DNA of 64,000 nt from Syntrophaceae bacterium. GTDB lineage: Bacteria; Desulfobacterota; Syntrophia; Syntrophales; Smithellaceae. Made by a program: the position numbers and the translations under genes. Shown here one piece after another: positions 9,515 through 18,628 of the stretch (position 1 is the first letter of the stretch; the number at the start of each line of letters is the position of its first letter). The stretch lies in the NCBI GenBank assembly GCA_018056765.1, contig JAGPFA010000002.1, forward strand, positions 6,590-70,589. Reading direction: 5' to 3'. Under the pieces are notes generated by a model. The model was given only the letters and a program-made list of their open reading frames with translations. It made no database searches and was not told the DNA's origin.

Positions 9515-9790
9515 TGTAATAACAAGCACTTAGGATGTCGCCGAAAGCGTTTTCTGGTCTGCATGCGGCCTGCCCAAAGGCCCGATTCCTCCCAACCCGG
9601 CGGCCGGATGCATTCATGACCTGAGGCCAGACGTCTTGCGCCCCTGCTGTCTGCAGAAACAATCGCCGATATTTAAGTTTGCATTTCTCCTGACGGGCTG
9701 CAACAAACATCGTCATTTCGCCGGCCTCTCCCGGCCGCGGTAGCAGTCAGGTTGGGCTATGTGCTTTGTCGGTTTTATACCTTTAAATTC

Positions 9791-9819
9791 TTGAAAGAAT
9801 CAGGCAGTTTTGATACGCT
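9791..9819 (+). promoter_or_regulatory. candidate sigma70 promoter for aspS
   Basis: TTGAAA, 17 nt spacer, TACGCT, about 70 nt upstream of the aspS start. Confidence 0.3.
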
Positions 9820-9886
9820 CCGCGCGGTAATTTTATCTCCGGATTATCCTTAAATCCGGTGTCTTGAGCAGAAAGGGTTTAATTCA

Positions 9887-12007
9887 ATGAACTTTTCCGG
9901 ACGGATATTTTGCGGCAATCTGACGGCCCGGCATATCGGCCACCAGGTCCAGCTTTGTGGCTGGGTTGATGCCTACCGCGACCATGGCGGAATAATTTTT
10001 GTTCATCTGCGGGACAGAAGCGGAATCGTGCAGATTGTTTTTGATCCGGAGATTACGCCCCGCGCAGTGAGTGAAACGGCCGCCTCTCTAAGAACAGAAT
10101 TTTGTGTTTGTGTGGAAGGCGAAGTGAGACAGAGACTCGCCGGAACGGAAAATCCTCACATCGAAACAGGCCAAATTGAAGTCATCGTCGATACTCTTTC
10201 ACTTCTTTCAGAATCCGAGCCGTCCCCTTTCACCATATCAGAAAAAGCCATGGTGGCAGGCGCGGACAAAAGCGCCACAGAGAGCGTCTCCGAAGAAGTG
10301 CGGCTGCAGTACCGCTATCTCGACATCCGCCGCCACTCCATGTACCGCAATCTGCTTTTACGCCATAAGATTTTTCAGTGCGTACGCAGTTTCCTTGACG
10401 AGGAGGGCTTTATCGAGGTGGAAACGCCGATCCTGACGATGAGCACGCCCGAGGGAGCACGCGACTACCTCGTGCCCAGCCGTGTTCATCAGGGCAGCTT
10501 CTACGCTCTGCCGCAATCGCCGCAGCTTTTCAAACAGCTTCTGATGATCGGCGGTCTGGAGCGCTATTTTCAGCTTGCCCGCTGTTTCCGTGATGAAGAT
10601 CTGCGCCCCAACCGCCAGCCGGAGTTTACACAGCTCGATCTGGAAGCCTCCTTCATCGACGAAGAGTTTCTTTATGCGCTTGTCGAAGAGCTTACTGTCC
10701 GGATGTTCGCCGTAGGCGGTATAACGCTTTGCCGGCCTTTCCCACGCATGAGCTATACAGAGGCAATGGATACCACAGGTTCGGACCGGCCTGACCTGCG
10801 TTTCGGCCTTCGCATTGTGGATGCGACCGATCTGTTCACCGATACGAATTACTCGATTTTCCGCCAGATACTAAAACGCGGCGGCTGCATCAAAGGCATC
10901 AATGTTAAAGGGCAGTCGGAGGCTCTGAGCAAAAACGTCCTGCAAAACGAATACGCCAGGGAAATCGCCCCTTCTTTCGGCGCCAAAGGAATGACCTGGA
11001 TGCGCGCCGAGGGAGGGAGGCTCGAATCAAACATTGTCCAGTTTTTCAGTGAAACGGAACTGGCGGGTCTGCAAAAGCGCTTCGACCTGCAAGACGGCGA
11101 TGTGCTCATCATGGTCGCCGACCCCTCCTACACGACGGTCATATCTGCACTGGGGCAACTTCGCCTCCATCTGGCAGGACGCCTGGGGCTGATTCCCGAA
11201 AACACCTTTTACCCGGTATGGATCACCGAATTCCCTCTTTTTGAACCAACAGATGATGGGGGAATTACCTCCAGTCATCATCCCTTCACCGCGCCGGACC
11301 GCACTGATTTCGACCCGAAAAACATTGAGGAGCTGCTCAGCCTCCATTCACGGGCCTACGATCTGGTAATGAACGGTGAAGAGTTGGGGGGCGGGAGCAT
11401 CCGCATCAACAACCGCGATCTTCAGCGAAAGATTTTTGCCGCGCTGGGGCTTACTGAAGACGACATGCGTGAAAAATTCGGTTTCTTCCTCAGAGCTTTT
11501 GACCACGGAGCGCCACCGCACGGAGGGCTGGCGCTGGGAATGGATCGGGTCGTGTCGATGATTCTCGGAACACAGTCGATCCGCGATGTCATCGCTTTTC
11601 CGAAAAACCGTTCGGCCGCCTGCCCGCTTACGGGCGCCCCCGCAGCCGTCAAGCATGAACAACTGGCGGAACTCGGTCTTTTAAATCTGGGCGGCAAACA
11701 AGATCTACCCGGTGCCGCACAAAAAGAAAACAGGCTTGACCGCCTGTCGTGGCTGTCACGTATCGGCATTGCACCGGACGAACGGCCCGTCATGGAAGAC
11801 GTCATCAGACAAGCCGAAGAACTGGCCGTCATCGCCTGCCGCGAAGCGGGAGATGACGAACCGGTGCGATCGGTCATGCCTGCCCCACATCGCACCCGGC
11901 CGGGGATCGAGGCAAAACGCATGGACGCGGCCGCAGACGGCCGGCTGATGAAAAGCGCACCTGTGGTCAAGGGAAATTTTTATAAAGTTCCGGCCATTCT
12001 GGAATAA
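9887..12007 (+). CDS. aspS: aspartyl-tRNA synthetase with an in-frame C-terminal GatC-like module
   Basis: A full bacterial AspRS core is present ('FVHLRDRSGIVQIV', 'FYALPQSPQLFKQLLM', 'GGGSIRI', 'PPHGGLALGMDR', 'VIAFPKNRSA'). About 110 extra residues follow, ending '...GNFYKVPAILE', which match the GatC pattern. Confidence 0.9.
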   Translation: MNFSGRIFCGNLTARHIGHQVQLCGWVDAYRDHGGIIFVHLRDRSGIVQIVFDPEITPRAVSETAASLRTEFCVCVEGEVRQRLAGTENPHIETGQIEVIVDTLSLLSESEPSPFTISEKAMVAGADKSATESVSEEVRLQYRYLDIRRHSMYRNLLLRHKIFQCVRSFLDEEGFIEVETPILTMSTPEGARDYLVPSRVHQGSFYALPQSPQLFKQLLMIGGLERYFQLARCFRDEDLRPNRQPEFTQLDLEASFIDEEFLYALVEELTVRMFAVGGITLCRPFPRMSYTEAMDTTGSDRPDLRFGLRIVDATDLFTDTNYSIFRQILKRGGCIKGINVKGQSEALSKNVLQNEYAREIAPSFGAKGMTWMRAEGGRLESNIVQFFSETELAGLQKRFDLQDGDVLIMVADPSYTTVISALGQLRLHLAGRLGLIPENTFYPVWITEFPLFEPTDDGGITSSHHPFTAPDRTDFDPKNIEELLSLHSRAYDLVMNGEELGGGSIRINNRDLQRKIFAALGLTEDDMREKFGFFLRAFDHGAPPHGGLALGMDRVVSMILGTQSIRDVIAFPKNRSAACPLTGAPAAVKHEQLAELGLLNLGGKQDLPGAAQKENRLDRLSWLSRIGIAPDERPVMEDVIRQAEELAVIACREAGDDEPVRSVMPAPHRTRPGIEAKRMDAAADGRLMKSAPVVKGNFYKVPAILE

Positions 12008-12017
12008 AGGATTATTT

Positions 12018-13211
12018 ATGGACTCTGTTTTTTCCTATCAAAACGAAGCACCATCCGGCAACATCAACGGCCCTCTCGCGGGACTGAAGATCGCTGTGCA
12101 ACCGACAATCGGTGTCGCCGGCTGGCCCGCCCAGGCAGGTTCGGAGGCGCTCGCCGGATATTCGTCACCGGACGACGCCACGGTAATCGCCAGACTCAGA
12201 CAAGGAGGTGCTATGCTTGCCGGCCTGACACACGCCGGTGAACTGGGCCTGGGTATCAACAACAAAAGCACGGCCGGCAGACCCACCGAGGCTAAAATAA
12301 CCGATGCGGAAGTGATGCTTGATCTGACAGGCGAGGCTCGCCTGAGCGCCGCACGCAGCAATCTATGGGGTTTTAAACCTTCGTGGGGACTCCTGCCCCG
12401 CACCGGGATTGCCGGACTCATTCCCTCGATGGAAGCCTGCGGAATTCTGGCGCGTGATCCGGCAACGATCCGTGCGATCCTCGAAACAACGGCGGGAGCC
12501 GATGACAGGGATTTTTCGCAGCCGGCGCTTCGCTACAAAGTAGTAAACGCCGACGAAATCAAACCGGGACAACTCACGCTGGGCATCATCAAAGATGCGA
12601 CCGCTCTGCTTTCCGGCACCAAGCAGGAGGCGTTTAAAGAGCAGATGAATGAACTTAAGAAATCCGGTTTTCAAATCAGGGATCTTTCCTGGCCGGACTA
12701 TCGTTTGTGCCTGACCGTGCATCGCCTCGTCGGGTCGGTCGAAGCCTCGTCCGCCGCCGGCCGGTACGATTCCGTACGCTTCGGCAAACGCGCCCCGGGA
12801 GCCAGAAACTGGAATGAGATGTACCTGCAATCCCGCGGAGCTTTTTTCGGCACGCTCATAAAAAGCTATCTGATTCAGGGTGCATATTTTCAGTTTGAGC
12901 GCTATGACGCCTACGAAAATGCCTGCCGGATACGCGCCCGCCTTTTAATCCAGGTCCAACGCCTCTTTGGACAGGCTGATGTGCTGGTTTTTCCGGTACA
13001 AAGACCGGCTGACACCGAAACACTAAGCGGCCTCTACGATCAGTGCAAGTTTACGGCTCACGCCAATGTCACCGGTCTGCCCGCACTGCACGTTCCGCAC
13101 ATTTCAGCGGACAGTCCGGGCATCGAACTTCAGGCAACGCACGGCGACTGCGGCCGGGTGATCGCCCTTGGCGAATATCTTCACCGGCTCAGAGCAGGAG
13201 GGAGGGCATAA
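12018..13211 (+). CDS. GatA-like amidase-fold subunit, shortened (397 aa), catalytic triad apparently absent
   Basis: It aligns with GatA at 'GFKPSWGLLPRTG', 'ACGILARD' and 'SVEASSAAGRYDSVRFG'. However, 'IKDN' reads 'AVQPT', the 'GGSSGGS' block is missing and 'DTGGSIR' reads 'DLTGEAR'. It sits between aspS::gatC and gatB. Confidence 0.75.
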   Translation: MDSVFSYQNEAPSGNINGPLAGLKIAVQPTIGVAGWPAQAGSEALAGYSSPDDATVIARLRQGGAMLAGLTHAGELGLGINNKSTAGRPTEAKITDAEVMLDLTGEARLSAARSNLWGFKPSWGLLPRTGIAGLIPSMEACGILARDPATIRAILETTAGADDRDFSQPALRYKVVNADEIKPGQLTLGIIKDATALLSGTKQEAFKEQMNELKKSGFQIRDLSWPDYRLCLTVHRLVGSVEASSAAGRYDSVRFGKRAPGARNWNEMYLQSRGAFFGTLIKSYLIQGAYFQFERYDAYENACRIRARLLIQVQRLFGQADVLVFPVQRPADTETLSGLYDQCKFTAHANVTGLPALHVPHISADSPGIELQATHGDCGRVIALGEYLHRLRAGGRA

Positions 13212-14641
13212 TGGAATTTGAAGCTGTCATCGGATTGGAAATACATATCGAACTCAACTGCGCCACAAAACTGTTTTGCGACTGCCCCAACAATCCCGGC
13301 GACGATGCCAACACCAACACCTGCCCGGTATGCCTGTGGTTTCCCGGCGCCTCCGCCCGCCTGAGCCGCGCCGCTCTGGAAAAAGCGGCCCTGTTGTGCC
13401 TGGGGCTCAATTGTGAACTCCAGACAAAAAGCGCCTTTGACCAGAAGGTCTATTATTACCCGGATCAGCCCAAAGGCTATCAGCTTTCTCAGGCCCATCG
13501 GCCTCTGGCGCGCGGCGGCTGGGTGGACATCACGGATGAAGACGGTTCCGTCAAGAGGCTCAACATTCACCATATTCACATGGAAGAGGATGTGGCCAAA
13601 CTGGTGCATGAAATGGACGGAAGAACACCAGTTTCCCTGGTGGACTTCAACCGGGCTGGCGCACCGCTTGTCGAAATAGTCACTGAACCGGATTTCCGTA
13701 CACCGCATCACGCGATGGAATTCCTCAAAACACTGCGCACGCAGGTCCGTTACGTCGGATCCTCCGAGTGCAGCATGGAAAACGGCACCATGCGTGCCGA
13801 CGCAAATATTTCCATACGCCCCAGGGGCACAAATCAGATGAACACCAAGGTCGAGGTCAAAAACATGAACTCCGTCCGCCACGTGGGAGATGCCATCGCC
13901 CATGAAATCAGCCGTCAAAGCGCCGCGGTGCGGGCGGGCGAAACAATTACGGAACATACACGCTTATGGGACCCGGACAAAAAAACCACACTTCCGATGA
14001 GGGAAAAATTCGAGGCACCTTGTATCCCTGACCCGTCCATCCCCGAAATCATACTCCAACCGGACGAAATCAGCGCCTGGCGTTCGCGGCTTCCGGAAAT
14101 GCCGGCGGCACTGGCCAAGCGCTTTGTCAGCCAACACGGCCTTTCCATTGAAGAGGCGACATATCTGAGTTCTGATCCGGAAACCGCCTCCTACTTTGAA
14201 GAACTGGTTCGTCACGGTGTGGCCGCCCGGACCGCCATGCACTGGGTGAATACTCAACTGCTTCCTGCTTTACGCCAGCGCAATCTGGAGATTGCCCAGG
14301 CGCCTGTCACGCCACAAAGACTGGCACGGCTTCTTGCCATGCTCGCCGGTGACGAGATCAACGCCGCGGCAGCACGCGATGTTCTTTCGCTCATGTTTGA
14401 GTGCAATGATTCCCCCGAAGATATTGTAAAAAACCGGGGGCTGGGACAGTTATCCAACGGAGATGAGCTTACCGCCATGGTGGAACGTGTACTGGCCCGG
14501 CAGACCGCAGCAGTGGAGGATTTCAAAAGCGGCCAGGCCAAAGCCATGGGCTTTTTGATCGGACAGGTTATGCAGGCCTCCGGCGGCAAAGCCAATCCCA
14601 AAGTAATCAAGGAAATGCTGACGCGAAAGCTCTCCTCCTGA
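13211..14641 (+). CDS. gatB: aspartyl/glutamyl-tRNA amidotransferase subunit B
   Basis: 'FEAVIGLEIHIELN..KLFCDCPN', 'YYYPDQPKGYQLSQ' and 'IHHIHMEEDVAKLVH' are GatB motifs, with a YqeY-like tail. The ATG overlaps the gatA-like stop (TAATG). The ORF-track extension to 13043 lies inside the previous gene. Confidence 0.9.
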   Translation: MEFEAVIGLEIHIELNCATKLFCDCPNNPGDDANTNTCPVCLWFPGASARLSRAALEKAALLCLGLNCELQTKSAFDQKVYYYPDQPKGYQLSQAHRPLARGGWVDITDEDGSVKRLNIHHIHMEEDVAKLVHEMDGRTPVSLVDFNRAGAPLVEIVTEPDFRTPHHAMEFLKTLRTQVRYVGSSECSMENGTMRADANISIRPRGTNQMNTKVEVKNMNSVRHVGDAIAHEISRQSAAVRAGETITEHTRLWDPDKKTTLPMREKFEAPCIPDPSIPEIILQPDEISAWRSRLPEMPAALAKRFVSQHGLSIEEATYLSSDPETASYFEELVRHGVAARTAMHWVNTQLLPALRQRNLEIAQAPVTPQRLARLLAMLAGDEINAAAARDVLSLMFECNDSPEDIVKNRGLGQLSNGDELTAMVERVLARQTAAVEDFKSGQAKAMGFLIGQVMQASGGKANPKVIKEMLTRKLSS

Positions 14642-14703
14642 AGTGCTCACAATAAATCACCATATCATCATCTGTCTGTATGGCAAAACATGGTAGCGAC
14701 CCA

Positions 14704-14727
14704 CTCCACGGGGTGGAGCTTTGTTTT
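14704..14727 (+). terminator. candidate terminator after gatB
   Basis: CTCCAC-GGG-GTGGAG hairpin followed by CTTTGTTTT. Confidence 0.4.
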
Positions 14728-14796
14728 GGGCTGACTTGCTGATTCCGGGATAATGTTGAAGTGACTTAAGAGTTGATGGTGAAAAGAGTCGTAACA

Positions 14797-14856
14797 AAAA
14801 TGCCGCCGGCCCTTCCGCCACCGGATTTTCTCCGATAGCGGAAGGGCTCAGGCGGC
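14797..14856 (-). terminator. candidate terminator after the thiolase gene
   Basis: Long hairpin GCCGCCGGCCCTTCCGC...GCGGAAGGGCTCAGGCGGC. On the minus strand it is followed by ATTTTTGTT. Confidence 0.55.
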
Positions 14857-14885
14857 TCTTTCAGCCAAACGCTGGAGGGTCTCGC

Positions 14886-16076
14886 TTACAGCATTTCAAA
14901 AATACCCGCCGCGCCCATACCGCCGCCGATACACATGGAAACAATACCACGTTTTGAACCGCGGCGCTTCATTTCGTGCAGAAGCTGTGCGGTCAGCTTG
15001 GCTCCGGTGCATCCCAGCGGATGGCCAATCGCAATGGCACCGCCATTGGGATTGATGTCGCCCGCCCAGTAGCGGTCTTCAATACCGACTGTGCGGCAGG
15101 AATAGATCGCCTGTGACGCAAAGGCTTCGTTGATTTCAAAAAGATCGATATCTTTCGTCGTCAAACCGGCCATTTTCAACACTTTCGGAATTGCATAAGC
15201 AGGACCGACTCCCATTTCTTCCGCCTTACAGCCAGCGACCGCATAATGGGTCAACTTGGCCAGAGGCTTCAATCCGAGGGCTTTGGCCTTTTCGGCAGTC
15301 ATCAGCATGGAAAAGGCCGCTCCGTCGGTCATCTGCGAAGAGTTCGCCGCCGTCACCGAACCACCGGCTTTGAAAGGTGATTTCAATTTCCCCATTGCTT
15401 CGAGACTTGCCGGCCAACGTACTCCGTCATCCGTGTCAAAAGTATAATATTCTCTGACGCGTTTACCGTTCTTGATTGCATATTTCACAGCCTGGATCGG
15501 AATGATTTCTTCCTTGAATTTTCCGGCCTTGATGGCTTCATGGGCACGGCGGTTACTCTCCACGCCCATCTTATCCTGATCTTCACGCGAAATATTATGG
15601 TTCATGGCCACATTTTCCGCCGTGTTGCCCATGTTGATATAGACATTGGGCATACTGCCGTCAAATTTCCAGTCCGGATGCGGGCGCATGGCGGTGCCGC
15701 CCATCGGAATATGCGTCATTGTCTCGCAACCGCCGGCAATGATGATCTCCGACCAGCCGGCACGGATTTTCGCCGTCGCATCGGCAATCGCCTGAAGACC
15801 GGAGGCGCAAAAACGGTTGACGGTCATACCGGAAACGGAAATCGGGAGCCCGGCGCCCATCGCCAGAATTCTTCCCACATTCATCCCCGTTTCAGCTTCC
15901 GGGAAAGAACAACCAACAATTACATCATCTATATCTTCAGGCTTTACCTGAGGAACTCTGGCGAGCAATCCTTTGAGTACCTGGATAGCAAATTCGTCCG
16001 CCCGGGTGTTGGCAAGGCTGCCTCTTCTGCGAGCGCCTGGACTTCTTACTGATTCAACAATTACAGCATCACTCAT
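14886..16076 (-). CDS. fadA: acetyl-CoA C-acyltransferase (3-ketoacyl-CoA thiolase)
   Basis: 'NRFCASGLQAI' carries the active-site Cys. 'NEAFASQ', 'NPNGGAIAIGHPLGCTGA' and 'MCIGGGMG' are thiolase signatures. Confidence 0.9.
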   Translation of the reverse strand: MSDAVIVESVRSPGARRRGSLANTRADEFAIQVLKGLLARVPQVKPEDIDDVIVGCSFPEAETGMNVGRILAMGAGLPISVSGMTVNRFCASGLQAIADATAKIRAGWSEIIIAGGCETMTHIPMGGTAMRPHPDWKFDGSMPNVYINMGNTAENVAMNHNISREDQDKMGVESNRRAHEAIKAGKFKEEIIPIQAVKYAIKNGKRVREYYTFDTDDGVRWPASLEAMGKLKSPFKAGGSVTAANSSQMTDGAAFSMLMTAEKAKALGLKPLAKLTHYAVAGCKAEEMGVGPAYAIPKVLKMAGLTTKDIDLFEINEAFASQAIYSCRTVGIEDRYWAGDINPNGGAIAIGHPLGCTGAKLTAQLLHEMKRRGSKRGIVSMCIGGGMGAAGIFEML

Positions 16077-16156
16077 GATTTTCCTCCTTCATTATTCTGG
16101 AAGGCGCGGAGGCTTTCATTCGTTTTTCAACCCGCCGCGCATAGTTGCAAAATATT

Positions 16157-18577
16157 TTAGTTACGCAGCGGTTTACCCTTGGTCAGCATGTGTACAATAC
16201 GATCATGCGTCTTGGTTTCGCCCATCAGGCTCAGGAAGGCCTCTCTTTCGAGATCGAGGATTTCCTGCTCCGAAACATATGTTCCCTCGGCGCAGTCGCC
16301 GCCGGAAAGGACATAGGCCACTTTTCTCGATACAACAAGATCGTAATCGGAGATAAAGTTACCGTAGCGCATGTTCATAATAATGGCATCCACCAGGCCG
16401 CGGAAATTCTCGCCCATCACAGGAATGCGGGCAGGCCTGGGCGGTTTGTAACCAGCCATGTTCAAAGACAGAACAAGCTGCTTGGCTTCATAAATCTGCT
16501 GATCGCGGCTCATGTTGATGGTTTCCGACTTGCGGATATATCCCAGTTCCATGGCTTCCATCGCACTGGTGGCAACTTTGGCCATCGCAATGTTTTCGAA
16601 AGCTTTCCCCATGTGATACTGCAAATTCAAACCGCCTTCAATGACACCATCCGGAATTCCTTCGGTAAGGCGCAGCAGAAGCTCTTTGCAGCCTCCGCCG
16701 GCGGGAACGACACCGACACCGACTTCCACGAGTCCCATATAGGTTTCACCGTTGGGCAGACAACGGGCGCCGTGCATGGCGATTTCGCAACCTCCGCCCA
16801 GTGCCAGGCCGGCGGGAGCAGTCACAACCGGTTTGGCCAGGTATTTCATTCTCATATTGCCGTTTTGCAGAGCTGCAATGCTCTGGTCCAGCAGATCCCA
16901 CTGACCCTGCTGTGCAGCAACCAATACTGCAAACACGTTGGCACCGGCCGAGAAGGCACGTTCATCATGGTTGGCAACCACCATGCCCGCAAAATCTTTC
17001 TCAACGATATCACACGAATCGGCAAGCATCTGGGTCAGCGGTTCGTCAATCGAATTCATCTTGGTGTGGAATTCCAGACAGACAACGCCGTCTCCGATGT
17101 CCACGAGAGTAGCGCTTTCATTTTGTTTAACGATCTTGTTACGGCTTTTCAGATCGGGCAGCAGGATGATCTTTGGATTGGCATCAATCTTGGCATAGCC
17201 CTGCTTTTCAAAATCGTAGTAATATTTCCCGTCTGCCTTGGTTGTGTAAAATGACTCACAACCTTTCTTGAGCATTTCTTCGACTTTCTTGGGAACTGTC
17301 AGTTTCAGACTCTTCATGACTTCGATGGCTTCTTTGACGCCTACGGCATCCCATGCCTCGAAGGGCCCCAGTTTGTTGTTGTAGCCCCACTTCATGGCAT
17401 TGTCGATGGCCATGATGTTATCACAGATCTCACCGACCCGGTTCGCCGAATAGATGAAGGTTTTGCACAAATAGGAACGGGCAAAATCACCGGCTTTGTC
17501 ATCTGCATTAAATACGTGCTTGATGGAGTCGGCGACGTTTTCCAGCTTCTTTGCAGCGGAAATCGATTCAAACTTCGGCTTACCGGCAGGCACATACTCC
17601 ATCGTGTCGATGTCGATCATCATCTTGACGGTTTTACCGCTGGCATCCTTGGTTTTCTTGTAATATCCCTGTTTGGTCTTATTACCCAACCACTTGTTTG
17701 CAATCATTTTTTCCAGGAAAGGATCGGCCTTGAACATATCTCTTTCTTCATCGTCCGGAACTGCATCGTAGAGGTTCTTGCCGACATGGTAACCCACGTC
17801 GAGGCCGACGAGATCCATTGTGCCGAAAACGGCCGTACCGGGATGCCCCAGCGCCTTGCCGACGATGGCATCAACTTCGTCCACTTTCAGCTTCTTTTCC
17901 AACATGAGTTTGATACAGCTCGACAGATCGTACACACCGATGCGGTTACCGACAAAGTTCGGCTTGTCTTTACAGATAACCACGCCCTTGCCCAGGACTT
18001 CCTCGCTGAATTTCACCATGAAATCGACGATTTCTTTGTCTGTTTCCTCGCCGGGAATGATTTCCATAAGCTTCATGTAGCGCGGAGGATTGAAGAAATG
18101 GGTCCCCAGAAAACGTTTTTTCAAAGCGGGGCTGAATTTCGCGCTGATGTCTTTAATGGGAATGCCTGAAGTATTTGTCGAAACGATACAGGTCGGTTTG
18201 ACAACTTTTTCCACTTTGGCAAACAATTCCTGCTTGATTTTCAGGTTTTCAACAACCACCTCGCAAACCCAGTCCACATCCGCCAGCCAATCCAGATTGT
18301 CCTCGAAGTTGCCGACTTTGACCATCGAGGCGTTCTTTTTTGAGAAAAAACTGGCGGGTTTTGACTTCGTCGCGCCGGCCAGGCCATTTGCCGCAAAGCG
18401 GTTCCGCCATGCGGGACTTTTTTCCGTCAGGCCTTTTTTCTTGTCATCTTCCGTCAGTTCGAATGGGATGATATCGAGCAGGTAGCACTCGATACCGGCA
18501 TTGGTCAGATGAGCCGCGATACCCGCGCCCATGACTCCCGCACCTAATACAGCAGCTTTCTTGATTTCTAGTGACAT
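16157..18577 (-). CDS. fadN: bifunctional 3-hydroxyacyl-CoA dehydrogenase / enoyl-CoA hydratase, FadN-type domain order (dehydrogenase N-terminal, crotonase C-terminal)
   Basis: The Rossmann motif 'AVLGAGVMGAGIAAH' is at the N-terminus. A crotonase-like segment 'AFSAGANV...GLALGGGCEIAMH' is in the C-terminal half. The protein is 806 aa and lies upstream of the thiolase. Confidence 0.88.
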   Translation of the reverse strand: MSLEIKKAAVLGAGVMGAGIAAHLTNAGIECYLLDIIPFELTEDDKKKGLTEKSPAWRNRFAANGLAGATKSKPASFFSKKNASMVKVGNFEDNLDWLADVDWVCEVVVENLKIKQELFAKVEKVVKPTCIVSTNTSGIPIKDISAKFSPALKKRFLGTHFFNPPRYMKLMEIIPGEETDKEIVDFMVKFSEEVLGKGVVICKDKPNFVGNRIGVYDLSSCIKLMLEKKLKVDEVDAIVGKALGHPGTAVFGTMDLVGLDVGYHVGKNLYDAVPDDEERDMFKADPFLEKMIANKWLGNKTKQGYYKKTKDASGKTVKMMIDIDTMEYVPAGKPKFESISAAKKLENVADSIKHVFNADDKAGDFARSYLCKTFIYSANRVGEICDNIMAIDNAMKWGYNNKLGPFEAWDAVGVKEAIEVMKSLKLTVPKKVEEMLKKGCESFYTTKADGKYYYDFEKQGYAKIDANPKIILLPDLKSRNKIVKQNESATLVDIGDGVVCLEFHTKMNSIDEPLTQMLADSCDIVEKDFAGMVVANHDERAFSAGANVFAVLVAAQQGQWDLLDQSIAALQNGNMRMKYLAKPVVTAPAGLALGGGCEIAMHGARCLPNGETYMGLVEVGVGVVPAGGGCKELLLRLTEGIPDGVIEGGLNLQYHMGKAFENIAMAKVATSAMEAMELGYIRKSETINMSRDQQIYEAKQLVLSLNMAGYKPPRPARIPVMGENFRGLVDAIIMNMRYGNFISDYDLVVSRKVAYVLSGGDCAEGTYVSEQEILDLEREAFLSLMGETKTHDRIVHMLTKGKPLRN

Positions 18578-18597
18578 TATTCTCCTCCTTCGTTTTC

Positions 18598-18628
18598 TTA
18601 TGAGCCGCCTGATTTTTGAGGCTCATAA
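18598..18628. promoter_or_regulatory. 9-bp inverted repeat in the fadN 5' leader (possible operator or leader hairpin)
   Basis: TTATGAGCC-N13-GGCTCATAA, about 20 nt upstream of the fadN start codon, just beyond the GGAGGAG RBS. Confidence 0.3.

Noticed and set aside
9515-9886. Possible genomic-island integration site next to tRNA-Arg.
   Set aside because: There is no integrase and no direct repeat of the tRNA 3' end, and housekeeping aspS follows with normal composition.
13043-13210. 56-codon N-terminal extension of the gatB ORF given in the ORF track.
   Set aside because: It lies within the gatA-like gene in another frame and reads as Arg/Ser/Gly-rich filler. Canonical GatB begins 'MEFEAVIGLEIH' at the ATG at 13211, which overlaps the upstream stop.
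16145-17254. 369-aa ORF on the plus strand. The overlapping ORFs at 16801-17112 and 17516-18169 are similar cases.
   Set aside because: It is antisense to fadN, which has clear Rossmann and crotonase motifs. It has no RBS and no motif.
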